From: Octopus vulgaris
Lineage: Eukaryota
Direction: 5' to 3'
Assembly (NCBI GenBank): GCA_951406725.2
Contig: OX597836.1
Span: 34,658,001-34,722,000, forward strand
Length of the DNA stretch: 64,000 nt
Part shown: positions 13,373-28,895 of the stretch, piece after piece
Position numbering within the stretch: position 1 is the first letter of the stretch
How the letters are laid out: each line of letters opens with the position of its first letter
Notes under the pieces: generated by a model
The model's input: the letters and a program-made list of their open reading frames with translations, nothing else
What the model was told of the DNA's origin: nothing
Database searches by the model: none
Made by a program: the position numbers and the translations under genes

Positions 13373-13771
13373 TGTATATATGTATGTATGTATGTTTATA
13401 TATGAAACAAGTTAGAAAATAATAGTCATTACATATTTTCCTTTAGAGCAAATTTGGCTTACAACTGTTTCCAGTAGTCATTATAGGTTTACTTAATTGG
13501 TATATCTGTCTATATATACACACACACATATACATATACATATTTGCGTGCATGTATAGGTATGTGTGTGTGTCTATATGTATACAATCAGAGTGTCAAA
13601 TTGTCACTTTGTTAAAAATAGGCTGAATTCTGCGAAGAACTTAAATATGTTTCAGAATATGCGTCAATAGATGCATATATATGTATTTATATACATATAT
13701 AAATATATATATAGACAGAGATAAGGGTGAGGATAAATAGATAATTGTGTATATATGTATGTATTTATGTA

Positions 13772-13804
<33 letters not shown>

Positions 13805-13805
13805 G

Positions 13806-13854
<49 letters not shown>

Positions 13855-14544
13855 TTATGTATATATATTTATATATATATATGGACAGATGAAGGGTTGC
13901 ATATATACATACAGCTGCATGCATACATATTCACGTGTGTGTTCGCGACGAAAACACTTAACTTTCAAAAGATTAGCCCACCTAGTTGTTAATGGTTACC
14001 AGCTGTATGTCATAACAACAATGAAATGCTTCGTTGCTACCACTACAATTTAACATTGTCAAGTGTGTCACAGTACTGCAGGGCGGAGTTCAATACTTAC
14101 GATGGATACGAACAGAAGAGATATGATACCGAACCACTAGGTGGTCGCTGGACCTATGAACCCATGAAGAATAACAACCAAATCTCCCTCAAGTCAGAAG
14201 GTACCGTCTTAAATAAAGTTATATTGTATTAGTTAATATAGACCTTCATAGCTTCGAAAGAGGTCGATGGGATGGCTACGATAATAATGTCTATGATTAC
14301 AGGTCAGTTGGATAGGTTTTCTCCTGGGGTTAAACGCCAACGATGATGTGCAGTGATGCATTTTGCGCCTCGATGGTATTATCTTAAAGGCACTGGCAAG
14401 GGTGTACGGTTATAACCTTCGCTTCGCAAACACTTGGTTTTGGGTTCAGTCCCAGAGTGCGACCCCTTATGCAAATATCTTCTGTTATAGGCCAGGCCTG
14501 ATCAGTACCTTATAGATGAATTTGGCCGACAGAAACCTTTTTTC

Positions 14545-14906
14545 CTCTTTCACTTGTTTCAGTCATTTGACTGCGGCCATGCTAGAGCACCGCCTTTAGT
14601 CGAGCAAATCGACCCCAGGACTTATTCTTTGGAAACCTAGTACTTATTTTATCGGTCTCTTTTACCGAGCCACTAAGTTACGGGGACATAAACAAACCAG
14701 CATCGATTGTCAAGCGATGTTGGTGGGACAAACACAGACACACAAACATATACACACACATACATATATACATATACAACTCACAAGGATTTGGTCGGCC
14801 CGAGGCTATTGTAGAAGACACTTGCCCAAGGTGCCACACAGTGGGACTGAACCCGGAACCATGTGGTTAGTAAGCAAGCTACTTACCACACTGCCACTCT
14901 TGCGCC
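14545..14906 (-). mobile_element. SINE family B, near full length with internal deletion
   Basis: Runs from CTTGTTTCAGTCATTTGACTGCGGCCATG to CTACTTACCACACTGCCACTCTTGCGCC. Confidence 0.9.
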
Positions 14907-14921
14907 ATATATATATGCATA

Positions 14922-15030
14922 TATGATATTATTTAATTTTATTCCAAGATTTTTTGCCAATAGAGAAGGAGCCGTTTTCTAACCTAGATCCAAGGCTCCT
15001 TCAATGGAATTTCAATAACATCATCAGGGT
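14922..15030 (-). mobile_element. 3' UTR fragment of an R4/Dong-like LINE next to (TATG)n
   Basis: Homologous to 38428-38530 and to the 3' UTR at 42830-42933 (GGAGCC..ATCT..GTT.GAAA.CGG.TC.TTCTC). Confidence 0.6.
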
Positions 15031-15170
15031 ATGCATGCATGCATGTATGTATGTATGTATGTATGTATGTATGTATGTATGTATGTATGTATGTATGTGT
15101 GCAGATTTGTATGTTTTGTTTTATGTATGTATTCTCATATAGTTGCATATCTAGACGTGTTCATATATAT

Positions 15171-15393
15171 ATTTCTTTATTGCCCACAAGGGGCTAAACG
15201 TAGAGGGGACAAACAAGGACAGACAAAGGGATTAAGTCGATTACATCGGCCCCAGTGCGAAACTGGTACTTAATATATCGACCCCGAAAGGATGAAAGGC
15301 AAAGTCGACCTCGGCGGAATTTGAACTCACAACGTAACGACAGACGAAATACGGCTACGCATTTCGCCCGGCGTGCTAACGACTCTGCCAGCT
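15171..15393 (-). mobile_element. SINE family A monomer with about 18-bp TSD
   Basis: Flanks TAGACGTGTTCATATATA and TAGATGCGTTCATATATA. Confidence 0.9.
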
Positions 15394-15916
15394 CCCCAAC
15401 TTTAGATGCGTTCATATATACTTAAACGATAAACTTCTGGAAAGTTTTACAGATTTTAACAGTTCAAGCGATGACTTGTATCGATGTATGTATGTATGCA
15501 TGTATGTACGTATGCATGAATACATGTATGTATGTATGTATGTATGTATGTATGTATGTATGTATGTATGTATGTATGTATGTATGTATGTACATGTATG
15601 CGTGTAAGTGGATGAACGAAAGCAAGTGACACTTTCTCTTTATCAACTTCACTCACAAAGCTTTGGCGTACCCGTGGCTATTGTCTAAGATAATTGCCCA
15701 AGGTTTCGCTCAGTGGGTCTCAACACAGAACCTCATGATTGCAAACGGAGTTCCTTATGCATAGAGCCCTGCTGCTGTTAAAAATGATGTTATGTATCCA
15801 GATAGTTACACCAAACAAACTTCCTTTTTCAAGCTTCTCATAAAGGAAAAGAAAAAAAAATAGCTAAAGAAAACCACACAAAGAAATCAGGCACATAAAA
15901 CGCAAACTATGCACCT

Positions 15917-16330
15917 TTTTTTTTTTACTACCCACAATGGGCTACACACAGAGGGGACAAACAAGGACAGACAAACGGATTAAGTCGATTATATCGACCC
16001 CAGTGAGTAACTGGTACTTATTTAATCGACCCCGAAAGGATAAAAGGCAAAGTCGACCTCGGCGGAATTTGAACTCAGAACGTAGCGGCAGACGAAATGC
16101 CTATTTCTTTAATATCCACAAGGGGCTAAACACAGAGAGGACAAACAAGGACAGACAAACGGATTAAGTCGATTATATCGACACAGTGCGTAACTGGTAC
16201 TTATTTAATTGACCCCGAAAGGATGAAAGGCAAAGTCGAGCTCGGCGGAATTTGAACTCAGAACGTAACCGCAGACGAAATACCGCTAAGCATGTCACCC
16301 GGCGTTCTAACGTTTCTGCCAGCTCGCCGC
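15917..16330 (-). mobile_element. SINE family A dimer with TSD
   Basis: Two body units; CGCAAACTATGCACCT on both sides (15901 and 16328); poly-T on plus is the A tail. Confidence 0.92.
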
Positions 16331-16843
16331 AAACTATGCACCTACCACTTGGGCTACATTTTTGACCCTTGCTTTATCAACCACCCATCTACTCACACCA
16401 TTACCGTCAGATTCCTATAAAAAGGAAAGTTGGGTATAATCTTAACACTTTTAAAACCAAACAAATCCACAAGTGATGTAGCAGAATGACTCAGTGCCTT
16501 CGCTTTACATACCCGTAAACATTCTAATCTTTGACATCACTCATCGCTAATCCGTTCGTGCTCTTTTAAGGTCACAACCCGGACTCAGATTACTAATCTC
16601 AGTTAATACACCGCACCCAAACCTAAACTAGGAAATCCTTGATAGCGTTAACGAAGCAAAACCAAACAAAAAAAAAAGAAGAGAATTATGCGCGTAGGTG
16701 AGATCGTGATAAGAATATTGCTTCCCAATCACATGGTTCCGGGTTCAGTCTCACTGCGTGGCAGCTTCTGCAAGTGTCTTCATGTCTACTACTATAGACC
16801 CGGGTCGATCAAAGTGGTAAACGTAGACTAGAAGAAGCCCGTC

Positions 16844-16895
<52 letters not shown>

Positions 16896-17235
16896 ATATT
16901 AGGGAATAAATCCAAATTTACAGGGAAAAATCAGATTTAGGATTGAATCCAATTTTATAGTAAAATATTATATAATATTAATTAGAGGTCCTTAGAAGTG
17001 ACAAGAAACAATTGTAGTGGATAACTTAATTTTATTTAATTTATATAAATTTTTTATGTATTGGATTAAGTCTTTATTTGTTTGATTTGCATAATAGTGG
17101 TTTTGTCTCTAATTAATATTATTTTATATATATATATATATCTTTTATTCTTTTACTTGTTTCTGTCTTTTGTCGAACTGCTAAGTTACGGGGATGTAAA
17201 CACACCAGCATCGGTTGACACATAAACATACACGC

Positions 17236-17509
17236 AAGTTCAGGCAATGTTGTTTATGGAAGACCAGCCGTCGCCTATACATACTGGCCTCCCCTTCTCG
17301 ACGCCACCAGTGTTATCCAAGGGAAAGGCAAAGGGGCCGATACAGCTTGGCACCAGTGACGTCGCAACTCATTTCTACAGCTGAGTGAACTGGAGCAACG
17401 TGAAATAAAGTGTCTTGCTCAAGAACACAACACGCAGCCCGGTCCGGGATTCGAACTCACAACCTCACGATCGTCAGCTCGACGCTATAACCACTGAGCC
17501 ATGCGCCTT
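17236..17509 (-). mobile_element. SINE family C
   Basis: Minus strand AGGCGCATGGCTCAGTGGTTATAGCG (A box), GAGTTCGAATCCC (B box), then core. Confidence 0.9.
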
Positions 17510-17611
17510 CACTCAGACATCAGTGTATGCTCTGTACATTAGGTCACTCCTTCCATCAAATCAACATTGCCTGTACAACTGGAAGTCATATGTTGTACGC
17601 ATTCTTGTTTC

Positions 17612-18626
17612 TGCAATTTATTGAAACGAAAGCAGATGTTGAACAATTACATCATTTTTCGATGGAGTTTTTTTGCTTTTCGATGAACTTCTTGCAGCAG
17701 TTTCAAGTCTGCTTATTCCATCGGAGAAGGTTTTCGCACGATTATTTATGCATCGCTTCTTCCTGGCCTTCGTCCATAGCAAATCAAATCGGCAGCGTCA
17801 CAATGGATGTCTGAGCGGTCCAAAAATGTGATAGTCAGAAATGGTGAGATCCGGACAGTATGTAAAGTGTTCCAGCAACTCAAAATCCAATTTTTCAATA
17901 GTTCGAAGTTGTAGGCAGCCATAGCAGATCATACATTCTCGAACAACAACACTTGCTTTGATAATAGTCGGTGTTTGGTGCGAGCTGCTAGTTTCATTTG
18001 TTGGCCAGCATTTCACTCTATCCAACACTGGTGATTGTAGACCCCTTTTCCAGGTAATGATCCGGTTTAGGACCTTTTCTTCCTCCCCACTCTCCACAAA
18101 ATGGTTAGCATCAATTTTTCTGCGGAAAGTGAGCCCTGAATTTTTTTTCCGCTGGCGATTCTGTATATTTCCACCCCATACCCTGCTTTTTGCAGAGAAC
18201 GTAAACTCTCATCAATGGTCACACGTCAGTTCACCGGAACCATCTTTCGAACCTGTTGAACCTTCACGTCAGAGGCGGAGGCTGATGGGATTTCTGCTCC
18301 CTCTTCATACTTCACACTTTAGTACTGTCCATGCATTGTACTTCATACTTCACGGTAGAGTACTGTCCATGCATTGTACTGAAAGTCTGCGATGAAGTTC
18401 AGCCCTGAGAAATCAGGTCACCGATCTCTGTTCGCCGATGGTGCACACTGCTAATAGAGCGGCCATGTATACTTTATAACACAAGAAAGAAATTTGGAGC
18501 GATCACGGTCAAACCTCGATTACTTAACTACAAGAGTGCCACCTTTTAAGGTAGGAGCACTGAAGACAGCCAATCTAAAGCAAGTTTTGGTAAAAGCCCG
18601 ACTAATTTTTGACTTTCCTTTTTATT
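17612..18626 (-). pseudogene. Decayed mariner transposon (transposase pseudogene)
   Basis: N-terminus MAALLAVCTIGEQRSVT*FL..LHRRLSVQ from ATG at 18466; ELLEHFTYCPDLTISDYHIFGPL at about 17810-17880 matches the mariner YSPDLAPSDY motif; C-terminus CKKFIEKQKNSIEK*; TIR-like AAAGTCAAAAATTAGTCG near 18600-18620; stops, frameshifts and deletions. Confidence 0.85.
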
Positions 18627-18627
18627 C

Positions 18628-18703
<76 letters not shown>

Positions 18704-18759
18704 ACGTATATATATATATATATACAAAGAGAGGGAAAAGGGAGAGAGAAAGATAAATA

Positions 18760-18883
18760 TATAGATAGATAAGTAGAGATACACAGAGAGACAGACAGAC
18801 AGACATGTATATAGACAGATGATAGACAGACAGGCATACGGACAGATAGACAGACAGATAGACAGACAGGTAGACAGACAGAC

Positions 18884-18946
<63 letters not shown>

Positions 18947-18983
18947 CAGACAGACATACAGACAGACAGACAGACAGACAGAC

Positions 18984-19045
<62 letters not shown>

Positions 19046-19075
19046 GCAGACAGACAGACAGATAGATAAATAGAT
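18760..19075. repeat. (GATA)n/(GACA)n compound microsatellite
   Basis: Seen directly. Confidence 0.95.
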
Positions 19076-19195
19076 GTCGAAATTGTGATGACGTTTAGTC
19101 AACAACTGATAAGGGTTAAGAGTTCGCTTGTGTGGTTGTTTTTCTTTCTTTCCCGTAAATTTCTTTGATATCCTTCTGTACCACCCTTTTCTTTA

Positions 19196-19237
<42 letters not shown>

Positions 19238-20084
19238 TGTATATATGTATTAACAGAAAGAGGCATAGCTACTCGTAAATACACGAGTACGTACATGCAT
19301 GTATGTATGTATATATATAAATACACTCTTATGTGTACAAACAGTATTATAGATACAGCTGCATGTATACGTGAGGTATATACGTGCAGCAGTCGTATAC
19401 ATCTCTATAGAGTGTGAGCCTTTAAGGACATGTCATACTGAGAAAGGACGACAAAAGCCTCTTTGTGAGGAAAAAATGCAATACAAAGCGTTCGTAATGC
19501 TTCAAGAATGTTAAAAAACCACCATTCTTTTTTTTTTTTCTCTTTCACATATTTTTTCTGTATTGCTGTTGTTGTTGTTTCAGGTTTTACATTGTTTTTT
19601 TATTCATTTTCGTAGTTATATTTTTAATATTTATTTTTTAATATTCGGCGGTTTATTTATTTATTTATTTATTTATTTGATGTTTGCTTCAATGAAATCC
19701 TAGGGGTTGCGTGTAGAGGGCAAACAGTGATGGAACGAAGATAGGTGGTGGGAGGACATTAACATCAACAAGACGACGAACAGGAAAAAGCAACAATTGA
19801 GCAATTGTCAAGAGGCACAAAAGTTGATGTCGTCTGTTCTTACACATTGCCATCCAACTGCAGATAATTTTCATTATCTCTCTTTCTCAATTTTTTTTTT
19901 TTATGAGAAAGGAGCAAAAAGTGCCCTTCCCGCTAAAAGACTGCACCAGGGCCCTTCAAAAATTCTCTTTAATGGGACCATATTTAAGACGGATTTTTAT
20001 ATATTTTTTTTTGTTTTGAACAATTAACCAGACAAATTGAAAATACTTATGTGGCTTGGTCTTACACTTTTACTTGTTTCAGTC

Positions 20085-20415
20085 ATTTGACTGCGGCCAT
20101 GCTGGAGCACCGCCTTTAGTCGAGCAAATCGACCCCCCAGGACATTTTCTTTGTAAGCCTAGTACTTATTCTATCGGTCTCTTTTGCCGAACCGCTAGTT
20201 TACGGGGACGTAAACACACCAGCGATGTCAAGCGATGTTGGGGGACAAACACAGTCACACAAACACACACACACATATACGACGGGTTTCTTTCAGTTTC
20301 CGTCTACCAGATTCACTCACAAGGCTGCCCAAGTGCCACGCAGTGGGACTGAACCCGGAAGCATGTGGTTGGTAAGCAAGCTGCTTACCACACAGCCACT
20401 CCTGCGAGTGTACTC

Positions 20416-20464
<49 letters not shown>

Positions 20465-20640
20465 CGTATGTTTGAGTGTCTGTGTTTGTCCCCCCAACAT
20501 CACTTGACAACCGATGCTGGATAGAAATGGATAGAATAAGTCCTAGGCTTACAAAGAATAAGTCCTGGGGGTCGATTTGCTCGACTAAAGGCGGTGCTTC
20601 ACCACGGCCGCAGTCAAATGACTGAAACGAGAACAAAGAG
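20085..20640. mobile_element. Two inverted SINE family B copies (20085-20407 minus, about 20455-20640 plus)
   Basis: The same 3' module appears in opposite orientations around (GT)n. Confidence 0.85.
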
Positions 20641-20909
20641 AGTATCTGCAGAGCGTTCAGCTACTTGTACGTTAATTTCACGAGCAGGCTGTTCTGTCGA
20701 TCGGACCAACTGGAACCGCCATCGTCATAAGCGACGAACTGCCAGACATTTCCAGTAAACTGCAGTTCTATGTTGCAGACGATGATGGTCGACAACAGGC
20801 TGGTCCCAGGCGTTCTGAAGCGCAATTTATATCTTAGTGTTGTTGTTCAAAAATCTATGCCTCAACTGTCTGTGAATGCTCAACTGAAGGGATGTCAATG
20901 TGACAACCA

Positions 20910-21289
20910 ATACCTATGTCTTTGCTACCCACAAGGGGCTAAACACAGAGAGGACAAACAAGAACAGACAAACAAGGAGAGAGAAACGGATTAAGTCGAT
21001 TATATCGACCCCAGTGCGTAACTGGTACTTATTTAATCGACCCCGAAAGGACGAAAGGCAAAGTCGACCTCGGCGGAATTTGAACTCACAACGTAGCGGC
21101 AGACGAAATACTTATTTCTTTACTACTCACAAGGGGCTAAATACAGAGAGGGAGGACAAACAAGGACAGACAAACGGATTAAGTCGATTACATCGACCCC
21201 CAATGCGTAACTGGTACATATTTAATCGACCCAGAAAGATTGAAAGGCAAAGTCGACCTCGGCAGAATTTGAACTCACAACGTAACGAC
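20910..21289 (-). mobile_element. SINE family A dimer lacking the 5' head
   Basis: Two body units with the standard junction near 21108. Confidence 0.9.
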
Positions 21290-21554
21290 ATTATATATGC
21301 GCATGCGTGCGTGTGTATTTAAGCATGAGTGCATTAATACGCATTCATATAGACACAAATAAATATTATATTTCATGCAGAACTGTTTATTTTTATTAAA
21401 AAGTAGGCGAACGATAAACTTTTGTTCGATGCAGAAATTTAAATACAGAGTATTGACATTCTAACCAGGTTCTTTAACCTAAGGGGCCTCACAATATTTC
21501 TAAGAGCAGGTAACCTCAGCTCTTCATAGAAATCCGTTTGTGTTTATATCTCGG

Positions 21555-23240
<1,686 letters not shown>

Positions 23241-23425
23241 AATGTAAGAGTTGTAAAGTACATTAATATTTAACACAGTACAAACATTATCTGATATATA
23301 ACTAATTACGTTCGGCTAGTGTCGATAGATATGTTTAGTATATCAAAAGTTGACAGCTTACCCTGAGATTCGCCCTTCATTGGGTGTTCACGACAGTGCA
23401 TATACATATGCACACATACATGCAT

Positions 23426-23475
<50 letters not shown>

Positions 23476-23868
23476 ATGTATGTATTTATGTGTATATGCA
23501 TGTGTGCATATGTATGTTTGTGTATGCACCTGTGTGCAATATTACACATGCATACACTCTCATAGATAATAATGTTGGTGCTTGTACGTGTCTGTAAAAA
23601 TAAAAACACGATAAATATAAGTCAACTTACCCGTGAAAATAAATACACATATATATAATATATGAACAGTTTCTCTCGTCAAACAGCTTAGCTCTGGCGA
23701 AAAAAAGGCATTGCACAATGTAGACGTCTATAGTATTCGTACAGATGTACTTGTCTTTCTTGTACACACACACACACACACACGTGTGTGTGTGTGTGCA
23801 TGCATGTAGCTTTCGAATGGTGTCACCCCACTAGGTAGGTGGTCAGGATAAATATGTATGTATGTATA

Positions 23869-23941
<73 letters not shown>

Positions 23942-23949
23942 CTCTCTCT

Positions 23950-24248
23950 TTTACTCTTTTACTTGTTTCAGTCATTTGACTGCGGCCATGCTGGAGCACC
24001 GCCTTTAATCGAGCTACTCGACCCCGGGACTTATTCTTTTGTAAGCCCAGTACTTATTATATCGGTCTCTTTTGCCGAACCGCTATGTAACGGGGACATA
24101 AACACACCAGCATCGGCTGTCAAGCAATGCAAGGGGGAAAAACACAGACACACAAACACACACACGCATATATATATATATACATATATACGACGGGATT
24201 CTTTCAGTTTCCGTCTACCAAATCCATTCACAAGGCTTTAGTCGGCCC
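23950..24248 (-). mobile_element. SINE family B (5'-truncated)
   Basis: Matches the family B 3' half and mid-body. Confidence 0.88.
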
Positions 24249-24249
24249 T

Positions 24250-24450
24250 TTCCTTTTTTCTCTCCTTTTTTTTATCTCCTTGTTTCTCTCCTTGTTTCCC
24301 TCCTTGTTTTTTCTGTGTCCCTTTCTGTAGAAGAGCGTAGGATCGAAACGTAAAAGACTTTTTCTATTCCTGAGCGTTATACTAATACATTTGTCTGTTT
24401 TGTACACCACCTGTTTTCGTCTTTTGTTTTCTTCGTAAACTCTCCCTATA
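24250..24450 (+). mobile_element. Family P2 pLTR-like fragment with minimal hammerhead-like motif
   Basis: CTTT-CTGTAGA-AGAGC-GTAG-GATC-GAAACGTA-AAAG at 24321-24356; homologous to 35775-35972. Confidence 0.6.
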
Positions 24451-24467
24451 CATATATGTATGTATGC

Positions 24468-24500
<33 letters not shown>

Positions 24501-24530
24501 TGTATGTATGTATGTATGTATGTATGTATG

Positions 24531-24561
<31 letters not shown>

Positions 24562-24577
24562 GTATGTATACACTCTC

Positions 24578-24794
24578 TCTTTTACTCGTTTCCGTCATTT
24601 GACTGCGGCCATGCTGGAGCACCGCCTTTTAGTCGAACAAATCGACCAGAGGACTTATTCTTTGGAAGCCTAGTACTTATTCTATCGATCTATTTTGCCG
24701 AACCGCTAAGTTACAGGGACGTAAACACACCAGCATCGATTGTCAAGCGATGTTAGGGAGACAAACACAGAGACACAAACATACACACACAGAC

Positions 24795-24869
<75 letters not shown>

Positions 24870-25180
24870 CTGCTCGGTACCTTGGCCATATGCCTTCAAC
24901 TATAGCCTCGGACTGACCAAAGCCCTGTGAGTGAAAATAGTAGACAGAAACTGAACCATATATATGTCTGTTTGTTTCTGTGTTTGTCCCTCGCTATGGT
25001 TGACAACCGGTGTTAGTGTGTTTACATCTTTGTTAGCTAGCGGTTCGGTAAAAGAGAACGATAGAATAAGCACCAGTCTTATGAAAAAAAAACTAATTAC
25101 CAGGGTCGATTCATTCGACTAAATATTCTTTAAGGCGGTGCCAGAGCTTGGCCGATTTCTAATGACTATAAGAAATAAAG
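24578..25180. mobile_element. SINE family B 3' half (minus) plus an older diverged copy (plus, about 24875-25180)
   Basis: Family B motifs in both orientations. Confidence 0.75.
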
Positions 25181-25229
25181 GATAAAAAATATGTATGTAT
25201 ACATGTGTGTGTATGTACATATATATATA

Positions 25230-25260
<31 letters not shown>

Positions 25261-25472
25261 ATATATATATATGCATATATGTATATATATATATATGTAA
25301 ATATATATATATTTATGTGTGTGTATGTGCATGTGTGTGTGTATGCGTGTGAATGTGTATGTGTGTATTTCCCTTCATTCTTTGAGCGTCAACTCAATAA
25401 ACCCGTGAAGGCCCCTTAGGCTTTTATTATTTTTCGTGTTTTGTTTTTGTTATTTGCAAAATACACACAGAC

Positions 25473-25512
<40 letters not shown>

Positions 25513-25513
25513 T

Positions 25514-25590
<77 letters not shown>

Positions 25591-26122
25591 ACCTTATGTT
25601 AAATGGGGAGAAGAATTTGATTAGTGGCTTGAAAAAAATGTAAAGGAAACGTACTATATCATGAGATATATTGAAAGGGATTTGCCATATACATATAGCA
25701 TTACATTGATTTGGGTGGCCTAATAAAATAAATGACGAATTTGTTCAAATATATATGTGTTATATTATGTACAATATTACTGAATAAACTATCACCTACG
25801 CCAGTGTAACTACAGTGAGCATTTGATTAGTCCCTATAGGAATATATACCCACCGGTGCTATTGTTCACAGCATTCATGATATATATGAAGTTTATACAA
25901 GGATAAAGAAAACTACTAATTAATTAGTCCGGAGTATATAACTTTTACGAAAAGAAAGCAATTATGAGACTACACTTGCTAGAAAATTATTTAAAATTTT
26001 AATTTCAATATATATTTTTTTTATCAAAATATGGCTTTTAAACTTCTTTTATTATTACAAATTTCAAAAAGAGAAAATAAATTTTAATTCGCTGCGAGAA
26101 AGCTTATTTTAACACTGATATA

Positions 26123-26570
26123 GTTCTCCTTCTTCTTCTTAATCCTTTTTCCCCTTTGTGGAGCATAGGGCCTCAACAGTTGTTTTCCACATTTTGCGGT
26201 CATTGGCGTGCTTCTTGGCTGCTTCCCATGTCAGGCCAGTGATCCTAAGCTCGTCCAAAATGCTCCACTTCCATGGCTGCTTCGGGCGTCGTGTCACATT
26301 TGAGGGTTCTTTCCGCATTGTGTCTCCGATCCATCTCCATTTCTTTCGTCTTATCTGAGCATGTATGGGCTCCTGGTTGACCCTTTCCCACAGGTCGGTG
26401 TTTGGCACTCTGTCGAACCACTTCAGATGGAGGATCTGCCGTAGACATTTGTTGATGAAGGTCTGGATCTTCTTGTAGTTGCTGCAGGTGACTCTCAGTG
26501 TTTCAGAGCCATACAAAAGCACAGATTTTACGTTTGAACTGAATAAGCGGAGTTTAGTTCGAGTTGAGAT
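26123..26570 (-). mobile_element. 5'-truncated RTE-clade LINE (ORF C-terminus and GAA tail)
   Basis: TKLRLFSSNVKSVLLYGSET..IQTFINKCLRQIL..KWRWIG..RPKQPW..GLTWE..ANDRKMW..VEALCS, typical of the RTE post-RT region; (GAA)n tail directly after the stop. Confidence 0.9.
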
Positions 26571-26811
26571 ACCGGCCGAAAAATAACGAAGAATGTCCTC
26601 GTCCGAGAGAGTTAGTGTTCTCTTTTTGCTTTTCGCCTTCATACATTTATTGCGCTACTTTCTACAGTCATATCAGTAAAATCCTTTCTCCAAAATATAA
26701 GTTTAATGTAAGTTTAATCCAGCGTCAGCCATATTTGGTTCATATTTGTTGCATGTTTTTGAAGAAGAAAAGTGGTTCTAAACTTACGTCAATTATACCG
26801 AGTACAAACTT

Positions 26812-27230
26812 GGGATCTTTTCGGTTTGAACGGCAATTTTTAACATAATTTCTTCGTAACTAAAAAATTTCAAACTTCGTATACTGGTAGAATATGTTTA
26901 TAAAACATCTTTTTCTCTCGGCTTTATTGAGAAAATTCTATGGTCTGTAAGATATTTGTTGTTTTTTTTCTTCAATTCCTGCAATTTCAACCAATCAATG
27001 ACGTCTATTTGAGGTGAAAACATTCTGTGCCGTATGGATATGTCCCTCGTTTAAGAAACAGATCGGGTTTATTTACATTTGTGAAGAAAAAAAGATGCTC
27101 TTCGCCCCACCCCTAACCTAACCCTAAAACAGATTGAAATGCAATAGATCTATACTAGGGTCATAATTATGGGTGACAATTTCATATGACACCACTAGAA
27201 AAAAACTGCCGTTCAAACCGAAAAGATCCC
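26812..27230. mobile_element. Intact 419-bp MITE with 24-bp perfect TIRs and 6-bp TSD
   Basis: TIR GGGATCTTTTCGGTTTGAACGGCA at both ends; AAACTT at 26806-26811 and 27231-27236. Confidence 0.95.
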
Positions 27231-27545
27231 AAACTTGTCTCATTTTCTTTCAACGAAATTATTTTATTGTTGCGCTGTATTTTAAAGAAACCTAGCCATC
27301 GTAGGAGGCTGTTACAGTTTGTGACAAGGACAAGAATATGAAACCCGCTTTGTATTTCTAACTGATAATTCCTTTGTTGAGATTACTGTTCGTACTATCA
27401 TTGTTCATACGATGAACGGAAATATAACAGTATCATTTCCCATTATTCTGCATCTGTAATCGTGTGTTTATATAAGTTATTAATACCCTAGCTGTTTATA
27501 TCTAGCAGATCTAGTTAATTATGTAGAAGCTAGTTCGCTTCATCA

Positions 27546-27750
27546 TGTGTGATTTGAAAGAGATTTAACATAATTTCTTGCGGTCGAGGTTACATCGCAG
27601 GGTCTTGTATGATTTGAGAGATATTTAACCGCAATTTCTCGCAGGTCTAGGTTAATTCTTCGGTTCTTGTATGATTTAAAGGACATTTAGTTGCAGTTTC
27701 TCGCAGACTGAGACTACTTCGGTGGATCTTGAGTGATTCAAGAGCGATCT
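27546..27750. repeat. Degenerate tandem repeat of about 60-62 bp, about 3.3 copies
   Basis: TG(T/A)(G/A)TGATT..GA..TTTA....A(A/G)TTTCT.GC recurs. Confidence 0.7.
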
Positions 27751-27873
27751 TGTAATTAATTCTATTGTGTTGGTCTGTGAGGCTTTGCCAATTTGTCGGG
27801 TGGCATTTTCAAATATGCTGCCTAGAATGTTTATGTGTAAAAGCTATGCGATCAGTACTGTAGAATATGTAAT

Positions 27874-27940
<67 letters not shown>

Positions 27941-27989
27941 GTAGATATCATGAATATATAACTACTACGAATATATATAAATATATACA

Positions 27990-28026
<37 letters not shown>

Positions 28027-28048
28027 CCTACTAGAATGTATATATACA

Positions 28049-28083
<35 letters not shown>

Positions 28084-28096
28084 ATGTATATATTTT

Positions 28097-28136
<40 letters not shown>

Positions 28137-28370
28137 TAATTATTATTTGAGGGAATATTATTCCTAACTTACAGGGAAATATTCAAGAGAGAGAGAGGAG
28201 AGAGATGGTGTGAGAATGAGAGAACTGGAGAGAGACAAATAGATGGTTTGATGGATAGACAGACAGACAGACAAATACAGATTGACATATATTCACATAT
28301 ACATGCACACACACACACACACATACATACATATAAGACGTACAAACAGATAGATAAAGAGATAGACACC

Positions 28371-28450
<80 letters not shown>

Positions 28451-28491
28451 CAGATAGATAGATAGATAGATAGGCAGGCGCGCAGACACTC

Positions 28492-28529
<38 letters not shown>

Positions 28530-28793
28530 GTATATATATAATAATAATTATTTGAGGGAACATAAATCCTAACTTACAGGGAAACAAATTAAATTTAGAA
28601 ATACTAAATCAATTTTCACACAATATAATATATATATATATAAAAAATTAGAAAAATCCCACTTTTTATTAATTCAAAATGAACAATTAAATTACACGAT
28701 CTAGAAAATTACATATAATAAAAATATTAAAATAACAATAAAATATCAATGATTAAGTAAATTGCAAAAAAAATAATAAAAACGTGTATAATT

Positions 28794-28895
<102 letters not shown>

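Noticed and set aside
26139-26642. 167-aa ORF as an intact gene
   Set aside because: The RTE homology stops near 26570 and carries an internal deletion; the Met start comes from flanking DNA.
27110-27127. Interstitial telomere
   Set aside because: Only about three imperfect CCCTAA units, internal to a MITE.
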